IMG/VR virus record: IMGVR_UViG_3300012943_000187
Location: 1 to 34,100 of that record
Length of the DNA: 34,100 bases
Strand: one strand, 5' to 3'
Source of the DNA: a virus
Taxonomy: Duplodnaviria > Caudoviricetes
Shown: positions 9,477 to 18,377 of the stretch, in pieces
Position numbering within the stretch: position 1 is the stretch's first letter
Layout: each line of letters opens with the position of its first letter
The notes under the pieces: generated by a model
Told to the model about the DNA's origin: nothing
The model's input: the letters and a program-made list of their open reading frames with translations, nothing else
Database searches by the model: none
Position numbers and translations under genes: made by a program

Positions 9477-10841
9477 TTATTTCCTATATTTGGGAGTATC
9501 ATTCAGGATGTCCATGTCCGTTGTTTTGGACTTGTCCACCTTTTTAAAATCAATGCCGCTCGATCTATCTCCACCGCCTAAACCAGAAGGAACCATTCTA
9601 CGAGCCGTGTCCTTATTAACTTCCTTAAACTTAATTCCGGCTTCCTTAAGAACCTTTTTGACAGTCGGCGTAAGAGCCTGAGTTGCCCTGGTTAAGTAGG
9701 CTTTAATAATCCTAGTCTTCCATTCTTCATTAAATTTTGCTGACTTCGCTTGAGCAAAGAGACTATCCATCCCGGCAAGATGGTGTTTATCCTCACTTAA
9801 GTTTTGATCCACTTGTCTTGCTACGTCATTAGTGATATTGCGCAGAGTATAATCATCCAGCTTATATCCTTCTAAAGCCTTCTTAATTCGGCTACGAAGT
9901 GAATGCTGGATAACCTCTGTCGCATTCCGGGTAAAGGCGGAAGATACTTGATTCTGGATATCTTCCTTTTCCTTCTCCCATTCCTGTTTCTCCTTATTAT
10001 TACCATCGGGCTTACTTCTCTCAGGTAAAGGAGAAAGAATATCTGTATTCTCAAAAAAGTATTGGTGAGCATGAAGGGCAGAAGCCATCATGTTCTTATT
10101 ACCAAACTTCTTACCCTCATGATATAAAGCAAGCAGAGCCTTTTTAATGGGCTTCTGCATAACCTCACCATAAAGATCCGCGCTATGCTTACCAATTGCA
10201 TCAAGGATATTATGGGCGAAATTAGCTCCACCATCCTTATCCTTCATGACATAATCAATAAACCTCTGAGTATTCTCAGGCTTATCTGATAAAATGTCAC
10301 CTCTCATAGCATCAAAGACTTCTGCCTTTCTAGCAGAAACCTTGGCTACTTCTGGAGAAGAAAATACACTAGAATATTCTTCATCACGTTTAATAAGATC
10401 GCGAAGCTCAGGATTATCCTTAAAGATCCCTTTATATTTTTTAGATAGCTTTCGATATAAAGATTCATCATCTACATCCTCATCTTCGGATTCAGAATCT
10501 TCATCATCCTCTGAATCTCCTTCAGATTCTTCCTCATCATCTGAATCTTCTTCAGACGAATCTGAAGTTTCGTCATCTTCGCCATCTTCATTTTCTTCGT
10601 CTAACAGTTCTGACTCATTAGACCTTTTAGCTTTTCCAGACTTCCGCTCTGGCTTTTCTTCCCCACCTTCATCGGAATCTTCTTCGCCTTCTTCTTGGCT
10701 TTCTTCTTCATTATCATCATCCTGATTTAAAATATCTCTATCTCTATCTCTATTACCAGTATCGGGCATTGGAACATCATCAATACCAGAACTGGAATCA
10801 TCTTTATCTAACTTCGGAAGATACTTTTCTAAAAGAAACAT
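9477..10841 (-). CDS. Scaffolding protein
   Basis: 454 aa; very acidic E/D/S-rich N-terminus, helical C-terminus; lies between portal and MCP. Confidence 0.7.
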   Translation of the reverse strand: MFLLEKYLPKLDKDDSSSGIDDVPMPDTGNRDRDRDILNQDDDNEEESQEEGEEDSDEGGEEKPERKSGKAKRSNESELLDEENEDGEDDETSDSSEEDSDDEEESEGDSEDDEDSESEDEDVDDESLYRKLSKKYKGIFKDNPELRDLIKRDEEYSSVFSSPEVAKVSARKAEVFDAMRGDILSDKPENTQRFIDYVMKDKDGGANFAHNILDAIGKHSADLYGEVMQKPIKKALLALYHEGKKFGNKNMMASALHAHQYFFENTDILSPLPERSKPDGNNKEKQEWEKEKEDIQNQVSSAFTRNATEVIQHSLRSRIKKALEGYKLDDYTLRNITNDVARQVDQNLSEDKHHLAGMDSLFAQAKSAKFNEEWKTRIIKAYLTRATQALTPTVKKVLKEAGIKFKEVNKDTARRMVPSGLGGGDRSSGIDFKKVDKSKTTDMDILNDTPKYRK

Positions 10842-10843
10842 TG

Positions 10844-13147
10844 TTATGCACCTACTTGTGGTTGTTTCGGCTTTTCTGTATCACCAACATTATCTTGTGG
10901 TGGGGCCGTTTGTTGCATTTTTAACTTAGCCTGCAAATCGTGTTCCTGCCAATGAAGAACTACATTTTGATATCCACCAGGATTCATTAACTTCTCTTTC
11001 TGACCCTTAGAACTAACTAAGAACTCCTGGCAGATTTCAGCTTCAACAGCATGATCATCAAAAGGCTCAACAGGAATTGAACTCTTAGGCTGCATCATCT
11101 GTGGATTCATTACAACTTCAGGCGGCATATTATTTAAATCTGGCATAATAGGCTGCTGCTGTAACAATAAAGTAATTTCTCGTTCCTGTTTATTCCTATC
11201 GCCCTCACCAGGAATAAAAAGTTCAGGAATACCGATAGCCTTTTTGATAAGTTCATTATTCTTAGGATGGCTAAGCATTGACATAACCATTGGGTCTTTT
11301 AATGTCAATAGCTGGACTAATACATCCTTAATCTGAGCCCATGAAAGTGGTAATCCATCAGAGGATTCTGGTTCTGCTCTACCAACATTACCACTACCAA
11401 GCTGTTCATGATTAACCTGGATATTAGAGAATCCTGAAGCACCCCTCTCAACAAGATTCTCATTATAATCCATCTGTGACGCTTGGATGATTGTAGACTT
11501 TCTTACAATCTCAGTCCAGAAGTTGGAGAAGATTTCATAAATAGTTCCAAGTCTCTGTAAAGCCTGTGACTGTGACTTAGAATATTCAGTAGCTGTAGCT
11601 CCACTTCCACCAGTAGGAGCACCAGAAACTGTTGGAAAATCTCCAGTAACAAATTCTGCTAGATTCTCATACTTACCATTTAAGGCAGCAATTTCAGGAG
11701 AAAATGTAGCAGTCTTTGTTTCGTAGAAATTCTCACTAATCGCCTTACCAACCTCTTTCTTAACAGGAGTAATCTGTCCAGGTCTAGATTCTGTATCCTG
11801 ATACTTATCTAAATCAAGAACATCTGAAGCAACGAACACTTCAGAGATTCCATGCTCCATTGTCTGGAGTTCTAATTCTGAAATCTCTGCTTGGATATCC
11901 TGAATTAATGCTAAGTTAGTCCCAATAGGTTCGCCATGTAAAGCCTGTGAACGAGGATCATAAGAAATGGTCCAATGTTCATCAAGATTTTCATCAACAG
12001 CTTCTACCGGCTCATCATTAATGAAAATAACATAGCAACCTTTTGGGAAGGCTTTCTTAATATTATCAACTAAAGTATCATCTGATTTACGTAACAGGTC
12101 AAACTGCCAGTTACGAAACCAAACACACTTAACAATCGCAGTATTCTCCGGCTGGGTTCCAATATAAATAGAAGGATACCTAACCCAGCTATCAGTTGTT
12201 GAATCTGAAGTCTTAGGGTTAATATCCTCTAAATAAGGAGGCTCTCCATTAGGACCAGGAACACAATAGATAGAGCGAAGTAATGCAACTGACTGGTCAA
12301 ATCGAAGGATTAAATAACCAACATGGTCCTGAATACGTGCAGAATATGGAACCTTTACATTGATAGGTCCGAATAAATCAATTAATGTCCTAGTCTTAGT
12401 CTCTCGAACAGAATTCTCAACAGGAATCTGGACAGACTTATCTACAGTTTCTGTATTATTCCTATTTCCACATTCTGGACACTGAGCATCTTGTGATTCT
12501 TTAGGACCAGGCCCAAAGTTATAACCACAATCATAACAATAATGATCAGTATATGGAGTCTCCACCATATCCTGAATCACTTTGTCATAATAACCAAATG
12601 CCCTATCCTGCTTGGGATAAGAATAAGCGAAACAAGTTCCCTCATTAAACAGAATCGTTATAATCTTGATAACAGCGAGTTTAGCCTTGTTATGCTTTTG
12701 AACAATCTTCGCAAGATTAGAATAAGCTTGAGCTGTATCAATATCGTCAGCATTATCAGCATCGTTGGGGAAGAAAACAACCCCAGGGACTTTGACAGAT
12801 AAAGCAGCAATAATAGATTCTGCGTGAGGTCTATAAATATTAACAATCCGAGGAGGAACACCGCCATTTTCAAGCTCGTCCCAATTCGGAATCTCGAAAT
12901 CTCCCGTTTGTTCATTCCAAAAAAGATCTACAATATTATTGAAATAAAATTGTAAACGCCTAGCCTTTCGGACTAAAGCATTATGAACGCCAGAATCTTC
13001 TATTTCACATTTATGAAGGAGATCCTTAAAGAATTCCTTGAACTCATCAGGAATAGAATTAGGCTGCTGAGGTGCAGGCTTATCCTGTTCCTGATTCATA
13101 TCAGGTTGTTCCTGACTAACTTCTGGATTAACAGAACCGTCAATCAT
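10844..13147 (-). CDS. Portal protein (P22-like) with zinc-ribbon insertion
   Basis: 767 aa after TerL; IVNIYRPHAESIIAAL, PGQITPVKK, TATEYSK..QALQRLG, FDDHAVE motifs; Q/P-rich C-terminus; CYDC-x14-CPEC insert. Confidence 0.85.
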   Translation of the reverse strand: MIDGSVNPEVSQEQPDMNQEQDKPAPQQPNSIPDEFKEFFKDLLHKCEIEDSGVHNALVRKARRLQFYFNNIVDLFWNEQTGDFEIPNWDELENGGVPPRIVNIYRPHAESIIAALSVKVPGVVFFPNDADNADDIDTAQAYSNLAKIVQKHNKAKLAVIKIITILFNEGTCFAYSYPKQDRAFGYYDKVIQDMVETPYTDHYCYDCGYNFGPGPKESQDAQCPECGNRNNTETVDKSVQIPVENSVRETKTRTLIDLFGPINVKVPYSARIQDHVGYLILRFDQSVALLRSIYCVPGPNGEPPYLEDINPKTSDSTTDSWVRYPSIYIGTQPENTAIVKCVWFRNWQFDLLRKSDDTLVDNIKKAFPKGCYVIFINDEPVEAVDENLDEHWTISYDPRSQALHGEPIGTNLALIQDIQAEISELELQTMEHGISEVFVASDVLDLDKYQDTESRPGQITPVKKEVGKAISENFYETKTATFSPEIAALNGKYENLAEFVTGDFPTVSGAPTGGSGATATEYSKSQSQALQRLGTIYEIFSNFWTEIVRKSTIIQASQMDYNENLVERGASGFSNIQVNHEQLGSGNVGRAEPESSDGLPLSWAQIKDVLVQLLTLKDPMVMSMLSHPKNNELIKKAIGIPELFIPGEGDRNKQEREITLLLQQQPIMPDLNNMPPEVVMNPQMMQPKSSIPVEPFDDHAVEAEICQEFLVSSKGQKEKLMNPGGYQNVVLHWQEHDLQAKLKMQQTAPPQDNVGDTEKPKQPQVGA

Positions 13148-13518
13148 TATGATTCCTCAACCTGATCTTTTTTCTTACGAGCTAAAGCCAAATCTCTTCT
13201 TCTCATCCAAATAGGTTTATAACCGCCAATTGGCTTCTTTTCATTAAACTGGGGATCTACTACAACTGGCTCATTCGGCTCTAACTTAGCTTTTAATTCT
13301 GCAATCTGATCTTCTAGATAAATAATAAACTCGTCTTTAGCTTTACATGCCGCGCACTCTACGAGACGGTCTAAAACCTCTGCGTCTAACCGATATATTT
13401 TTCGTCGACTTCTTTGCTTCCAGATGTTCCATGCGGCGATAAAAGGCTGTCGGATCTTGAGTAGAAAGCTTATCCACAGCCTCTTGAGCTTGCTGAGCCA
13501 GTTGTAATTGTTTTGCAT
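13147..13518 (-). CDS. Small hypothetical protein overlapping TerL 3' end (start uncertain)
   Basis: Fills the gap between TerL and portal, TAATG-coupled to portal; CAAC and coiled-coil segment. Confidence 0.55.
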   Translation of the reverse strand: MQNNYNWLSKLKRLWISFLLKIRQPFIAAWNIWKQRSRRKIYRLDAEVLDRLVECAACKAKDEFIIYLEDQIAELKAKLEPNEPVVVDPQFNEKKPIGGYKPIWMRRRDLALARKKKDQVEES

Positions 13519-15031
13519 GAGTAACCTGGTAATCTTTAATACCTAATAACAATCCACGAAGTGTATCGTAAGGATCATCACCATCAAATTCTTTAACATC
13601 CTCTGCCTTCTTACCCTCTTCCGGTGAATCCGCATATACACACGCTGGGATTGTCTCAACTAATAATGGACAAGCTTCCTTGTCAATCTGTAACCTTGGA
13701 ATATCTGTCTCTTCTTTTTCAGCTTCAAATAAAGCCAAATACTCTGCGTATGCCTTAGACCCATAAAGGCGATTAACCTTCTGGGCATAATCCATATCTA
13801 GCTCACCAACATGCTTCCTAATATTCTCTTTAGGAGTCCAACGAAGGAACTCATGAATTGCCAGCTTACCATTTAAACGATTACGTTCTGATAACTCTAC
13901 AGTTGCTCTAATCTCAGCCTTACGAACAGCCTTAACTAACTGGTCATAAATAGTAAACGGCTCTCCACGATTCTGAGTAGCCGAGTGACAAATACGAATC
14001 TTCTGTATACTTTCAAATTCTTCTTCGGGTGTATTCTTAATAAAATCAGTTAACCAATCTACAGTTAATTTCTCTTTTTCCGCATACTCTCTGTAAACGT
14101 AAACTCGTCCAGTAGGAGATAAAGCGGCCCAATAAATACATGTATAAGCAGCATGACCCCAATCGATCGCAATGAACCTAGGCCACCAAGTCGGGATGTC
14201 GAAGCTTGAATAGATATGACAAGCATTACTAGGTTCATCAGAAAGAGGCTCAAGACGAAATTCTTTAAATACCTGACCTTCATATGTATCCCAATCACCG
14301 TAAAGTTTAGCCTTCTTCTCAGCTTCCGGAAGTGACATTAACTGCTTAATGTATTCTGGATTTGCATCTAACAAATGTCGATTATCATGAATCTTAGCTG
14401 GAATAAATAATCTCTTTAATCCAGTCTTAGAATCAATAATTAACCTATATCCATCCTTATGTGGCTTAACAAACCTATTCTTAAAATACTGATGTCCTAC
14501 GTTACCAGGATTAGTTCCACTTCTTGCAATAGCTGGTAAATCACCAGTTCTAGAACGTAGACGAGACATCACCAAGTATGAATATTGAAACTCAGTAAAG
14601 TGGGTAGCCTCGTCGTATGAAATTAAATTATACTGATCAGAGTCAAACTTTCTAATGTCGTCCTCTTTATCAGCACCACCAAAGTATTGCTTAGCTCCAG
14701 AAGGAAATTTCCATACTTTCTTAGTTTCATTAAATACTGCACCAAGAGACGGATAGATTTCCTTCGAGCGAGAAATTAATTCTGTATCTAACTGTGTTAA
14801 ATTACGACGTAAGATAATGCCCTTATACAGTGGGTGCTCATGGAACTGATAAATTAATGGGAGCCAGACAATTAATTCTGTCTTTCCAGCTCCAGCAGCC
14901 CCACCGTATAAGGCTTCCTTAACACTCCACGGAATAGAGATAAAATCCCCCTGTTTCTTGGTGGGATTAAACTCCCTATGAACAGAGGACTGAACCTCTA
15001 CCCGTGGAACAGTGTTAATGGAAACTGACAT
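13343..15031 (-). CDS. terL: Terminase large subunit
   Basis: Walker A GGAAGAGKT, Walker B ISYDEATHF, coupling SGTNPG, RNase H-like IAIDWG and DDPYDTLR; start placed at MSVSINT. Confidence 0.95.
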   Translation of the reverse strand: MSVSINTVPRVEVQSSVHREFNPTKKQGDFISIPWSVKEALYGGAAGAGKTELIVWLPLIYQFHEHPLYKGIILRRNLTQLDTELISRSKEIYPSLGAVFNETKKVWKFPSGAKQYFGGADKEDDIRKFDSDQYNLISYDEATHFTEFQYSYLVMSRLRSRTGDLPAIARSGTNPGNVGHQYFKNRFVKPHKDGYRLIIDSKTGLKRLFIPAKIHDNRHLLDANPEYIKQLMSLPEAEKKAKLYGDWDTYEGQVFKEFRLEPLSDEPSNACHIYSSFDIPTWWPRFIAIDWGHAAYTCIYWAALSPTGRVYVYREYAEKEKLTVDWLTDFIKNTPEEEFESIQKIRICHSATQNRGEPFTIYDQLVKAVRKAEIRATVELSERNRLNGKLAIHEFLRWTPKENIRKHVGELDMDYAQKVNRLYGSKAYAEYLALFEAEKEETDIPRLQIDKEACPLLVETIPACVYADSPEEGKKAEDVKEFDGDDPYDTLRGLLLGIKDYQVTHAKQLQLAQQAQEAVDKLSTQDPTAFYRRMEHLEAKKSTKNISVRRRGFRPSRRVRGM

Positions 15032-15032
15032 C

Positions 15033-15365
15033 TTAGTTAGCCGGAGCTTGTAATTCTGCCGGAGCACCAAGAGACTGAATCAGCTTGACTGTTGAAATAG
15101 AATCATCAACAATCTTATCATAGAGGCTTAATGTCTCGTCAACATCAATAGCTGTTCCATGACCTCGTGCCTCAGAAACAGCATTAGCTAACTTAGCACT
15201 AACCTCTAATACCTGCTTACCAATAACCCTCTTATCAGCTCCAGGCTTCTTAGAGTTCTCAGCAACAGATAATGCCATAACATACAATGGCACAAAAGGA
15301 GCAGTTGCTGGAATTGTCCCTAAAACTACCGGAAGAACCTGGGTTAAAATCTGCTTAAAATCCAT
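15033..15365 (-). CDS. Holin-like / membrane-anchored lysis protein (LL-H-like)
   Basis: 110 aa; hydrophobic N-terminus followed by AE..K.PGADKR motif. Confidence 0.45.
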   Translation of the reverse strand: MDFKQILTQVLPVVLGTIPATAPFVPLYVMALSVAENSKKPGADKRVIGKQVLEVSAKLANAVSEARGHGTAIDVDETLSLYDKIVDDSISTVKLIQSLGAPAELQAPAN

Positions 15366-15565
15366 TACTTGTCCTCACTTGGAATTAACTTACCACCTAC
15401 GAATGCTGCAATAACTGTACCTAGATGAGCACAGAATTTTGCAACAAAACCTGGAGTTGATAATTCTTGCCATGTATTGATATTAGCAATCTCTACTGAT
15501 TCTAAAGCTAACATCATTCCTAAAGCTGCTAAGAATAAAACCCAACCTTTACCGTGATTCGTCAT
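15365..15565 (-). CDS. Holin (two TM helices)
   Basis: 66 aa; two hydrophobic segments, charged C-terminus. Confidence 0.6.
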   Translation of the reverse strand: MTNHGKGWVLFLAALGMMLALESVEIANINTWQELSTPGFVAKFCAHLGTVIAAFVGGKLIPSEDK

Positions 15566-15580
15566 TGTCCTAGTCCTAAA

Positions 15581-15769
15581 TCAGAGCTGGCTTATAAAGG
15601 TAGCCCACCGTTGATAGCCGGCCGGGTCATTAATAACTAAAGCTCGATGCGTGTGCATCCGATTCTTTGTCAAAGGCTACTGCTGTCCAAGATCGCCGGA
15701 GCTGTTTGCCTGCGGCGCTGCTGTAGTGCCAGAGCCAGGAATCGCGCCTTCCGGCGCTTTGCAGCCTTT
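15581..15769 (-). other. GC-rich structured RNA element, partly within 76-aa ORF
   Basis: Minus strand: AAAGGCTGC/GTAGCCTTT stem enclosing a GCGCC-GGAA-GGCGC hairpin, then CTTTGACAA, then a GCCGGCTAT..ATAAGCCAGC hairpin. Confidence 0.4.
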
Positions 15770-15907
15770 ATGAATCAATACACAACCAATCTTCTTTCCT
15801 AACACTTTAGTTCCATGAACTACTTGACCACCAATCCAGATAGTCAAAGTAATAACAACAATGATTAATAATGATTGAGGAGTTAATTCATCCATCTCGT
15901 TTACCAA
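15677..15907 (-). CDS. Small membrane protein (possible spanin component)
   Basis: 76 aa; N-terminal TM helix, two Cys; lies in lysis-type cluster. Confidence 0.5.
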   Translation of the reverse strand: MVNEMDELTPQSLLIIVVITLTIWIGGQVVHGTKVLGKKIGCVLIHKGCKAPEGAIPGSGTTAAPQANSSGDLGQQ

Positions 15908-16070
15908 AGATAATGTAAGCTCGCCAGCAAACGTGATTACCTTCTTTATCCTTAACTTCGAAAATCTTTTGTCCAGACTCTGATTCGTAAAATTTAACAG
16001 TATCAGGAGTAACCTTACTAATTAACTCATCAGTAAGATCCACTGGAATCATATAACCTGGATTATCCAT
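15888..16070 (-). CDS. Hypothetical protein
   Basis: 60 aa ORF overlapping neighbours by 8-20 nt. Confidence 0.55.
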   Translation of the reverse strand: MDNPGYMIPVDLTDELISKVTPDTVKFYESESGQKIFEVKDKEGNHVCWRAYIIFGKRDG

Positions 16071-17292
16071 TCATCCACCCATCAACATCTTTACCTTGAT
16101 AGTTATAACGTCGCATCTCGTTACAGAAATCAACCTGAACAGACTCTGGCTCAGTAGTATGGAATGAACGACGAGCACGAATTTCAAATGCCCAAACAAA
16201 CATTCCAGATGGCCAAGCTCCAGCTCCAGGTCCTAAACGAGAAGTAAAATCATTTACTAATTCTGAACTAGCATTAACATCATCATCAATATCACACTGG
16301 ACTAGAATACCATCTCCGCCAATAGCTTTAAACCAAGTATGCCACATTCCATTTGCATCAGCCCGTCCAGCAGCTACTGGCAGAGCGAACTTATTGTGCT
16401 TGGCACAGAAATGGTTTTCGTCTTTGAATCGCTCTCCGTCCACTGGACAAAAATAGAATGGAGTCGTTCCAACTCCGCTGGAATGTTTCGGGCCAAAATG
16501 GCAGGCGAAAATAGAACCATATTTAATACTCTCAGCAATAATCTCGAAGTCCCCACACATCTTATCAGTATCATTCTCATCAATCTCGTTAATCTCCCAC
16601 TTGGGCCACCAGAATTTAATGAGATCGGTAAGACGATAGAAATCATCAGATGGTCTATCTTCCCAATCCTGCATAGCCGCAGCCATTGGAATAATACCAT
16701 CATACCATAACTCTTTAATTCTTCGACGTCGCTCTTCTAATGAGAGATTAATATCAGGGAAGTATGACCCGTAAATCTTACCATTGTAAGGAACGATAGG
16801 CATATGAGTATACCCACGATCCTTATAAGCAGACCGGATTAAAGCCCGCTTATCATTATCATAAGATAAATAAGCTGGGGTATAAACCAGGTCATTATTT
16901 AAAGGCCCAATTCCTGGGATAATCATTCCACAGAAATTACCTTTAACTTGCTTGAGCTGGTCAATAGTAACAGTATCCCAAGGTTCAGGTTCTGGCTTGG
17001 GTGGCTTTACCTTAAGAAGATAAACAAGCTGGTAGACATCTTTGCTCATCAGAGTTACAATAGAGAGATCCTCATAATCTGGATGAGTGATTTCAATCAA
17101 ACAAGATGTAACCCGCTTATGAACATTAGGAATAGTAGCAAATCCTTCCGAGCCACTAGTAGCCCAATATTCATCATTAGAAGATAGGGATTTAAGATGG
17201 ACAAGGGCATTAATGATGGCTACATCACTTGGCCCATCAGTATAAATAGTTAGTTTATGCCAATCGGAACCTGGTTTATCCCATTTGCCCAT
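16063..17292 (-). CDS. Putative glycoside-hydrolase-like (TIM-barrel) protein, candidate atypical endolysin
   Basis: Start at MGKWDK; N-terminal beta-sandwich, KPPKPEPEP linker, then RGYTHM..WEINE..AFE segments resembling clan GH-A catalytic Glu motifs; flanked by holin-like genes. Confidence 0.45.
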   Translation of the reverse strand: MGKWDKPGSDWHKLTIYTDGPSDVAIINALVHLKSLSSNDEYWATSGSEGFATIPNVHKRVTSCLIEITHPDYEDLSIVTLMSKDVYQLVYLLKVKPPKPEPEPWDTVTIDQLKQVKGNFCGMIIPGIGPLNNDLVYTPAYLSYDNDKRALIRSAYKDRGYTHMPIVPYNGKIYGSYFPDINLSLEERRRRIKELWYDGIIPMAAAMQDWEDRPSDDFYRLTDLIKFWWPKWEINEIDENDTDKMCGDFEIIAESIKYGSIFACHFGPKHSSGVGTTPFYFCPVDGERFKDENHFCAKHNKFALPVAAGRADANGMWHTWFKAIGGDGILVQCDIDDDVNASSELVNDFTSRLGPGAGAWPSGMFVWAFEIRARRSFHTTEPESVQVDFCNEMRRYNYQGKDVDGWMNG

Positions 17293-17302
17293 CTTAAAAT
17301 CC

Positions 17303-17458
17303 CTACTTTCCTTCCGTGTACTCTTTCCACATTGTCTCGACTTTAAGTTCAATCTGAGCTAATCTACCAGATAACTTAAAGCCAACGAATAAAACTGAAA
17401 CGGCTTCTAATAAAGTCCCAAGACTAATAGAGCCATCCCAATGAATGCCTCCAAACAT
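17303..17458 (-). CDS. Small single-TM protein (holin/antiholin-like), not in ORF track
   Basis: MFGGIHWDGSISLGTLLEAVSVLFVGFKLSGRLAQIELKVETMWKEYTEGK, 51 aa; GGAG RBS. Confidence 0.65.
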   Translation of the reverse strand: MFGGIHWDGSISLGTLLEAVSVLFVGFKLSGRLAQIELKVETMWKEYTEGK

Positions 17459-17459
17459 A

Positions 17460-17804
17460 CTAGTCTCCCAGGACAGTTTGAGTATTTAATTTACCAGTAA
17501 CTCCAGAACCACCAGCCCCAAGAGTTACAACTAAATTAGCTCCAGCTGTAACTGGAATATTAAGGTCAGTATATCCACCTGGTCCAGTAGCTGTAATATC
17601 TACTTCAAAGATATCAGTGGAACCGTCTGTAATAGTCAACTTACCAGTAACAGTGCCACCAGCATATGACCACTGAACAGATTTAAGAATCCACCTGCGC
17701 TTAGATACTCCAGTTTTAGTAATAGCTACAGCATTATTACTACTAGCTGTACCTTTATCCTTAACGATGTTATTTGGATCGTTAACTAACTGTTGAATAA
17801 TCAT
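17460..17804 (-). CDS. Small jelly-roll virion accessory protein
   Basis: 114 aa, G/T/V-rich; resembles the C-terminal domain of 18979..20202. Confidence 0.6.
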   Translation of the reverse strand: MIIQQLVNDPNNIVKDKGTASSNNAVAITKTGVSKRRWILKSVQWSYAGGTVTGKLTITDGSTDIFEVDITATGPGGYTDLNIPVTAGANLVVTLGAGGSGVTGKLNTQTVLGD

Positions 17805-17806
17805 AA

Positions 17807-17941
17807 TTATCCTAATTCCGGAACACAGCCACCACCTGTTTTACTAGACATTCCAGTCATTGCACACCAGAATGTAGTATCACTAGGAGTAGGTGGAATC
17901 CAGTCAGCATCGTCCCAAAAGAACATCCACATTGCTAGCAT
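17807..17941 (-). CDS. Small hypothetical protein, not in ORF track
   Basis: MLAMWMFFWDDADWIPPTPSDTTFWCAMTGMSSKTGGGCVPELG, 44 aa; fills the operon gap. Confidence 0.5.
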   Translation of the reverse strand: MLAMWMFFWDDADWIPPTPSDTTFWCAMTGMSSKTGGGCVPELG

Positions 17942-17951
17942 TAATCAGCAC

Positions 17952-18377
17952 CTAAGAAAAAAGCAGATTATACGGAGCAGAAGGGACCGGGACCGGTGTT
18001 CCAATAAATCGAAAAGAGCACACCGTTGACTTATTATCTGCCGTAAATCCACCTTGATTATCTGGGGCAGCAGCAGAGATAACAACAGTATGATTACCTA
18101 AACTTAAGCCAGCCTGGATAGGAGTAGAACAGACAAAAGGAGCGTGGCCATTAGAACTATTAACACAGGTAACAGAGATAACATTACCAGTAGTGGCTCC
18201 ATCAATATAAGCCTTATACTGGAAGCTGTTAACCTGTGAAAGAGTTAAAGTAGTTTCAGTAGCTTTGCCCTGATTCCAGGTTAATTTCATCCCAGTAGTA
18301 ACATCCTGACTCTGGGCATAGATAGAAACCGTTAAACAGAGAATAGCAAAAGCTAAACCACCAAAGAATGACTTCAT
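17952..18377 (-). CDS. Secreted Fn3/Ig-like protein with Sec signal peptide
   Basis: MKSFFGGLAFAILCLTVSIYA|Q signal; LTWNQ..YKAYIDG..GNHTVVISA..PSAPYNL Fn3-like pattern. Confidence 0.6.
   Translation of the reverse strand: MKSFFGGLAFAILCLTVSIYAQSQDVTTGMKLTWNQGKATETTLTLSQVNSFQYKAYIDGATTGNVISVTCVNSSNGHAPFVCSTPIQAGLSLGNHTVVISAAAPDNQGGFTADNKSTVCSFRFIGTPVPVPSAPYNLLFS

Noticed and set aside
10294-10725. Ser-rich 143-aa plus-strand ORF
   Set aside because: Antisense shadow of the acidic GAA/GAT-rich scaffold region
15581-15679. TAG read-through / stop-codon recoding (frame stays open 31 codons past the TAG of the 76-aa ORF)
   Set aside because: All large genes are intact under code 11, other TAG stops abut the next gene or a hairpin, and no suppressor tRNA is seen; GC-rich structure explains the open frame
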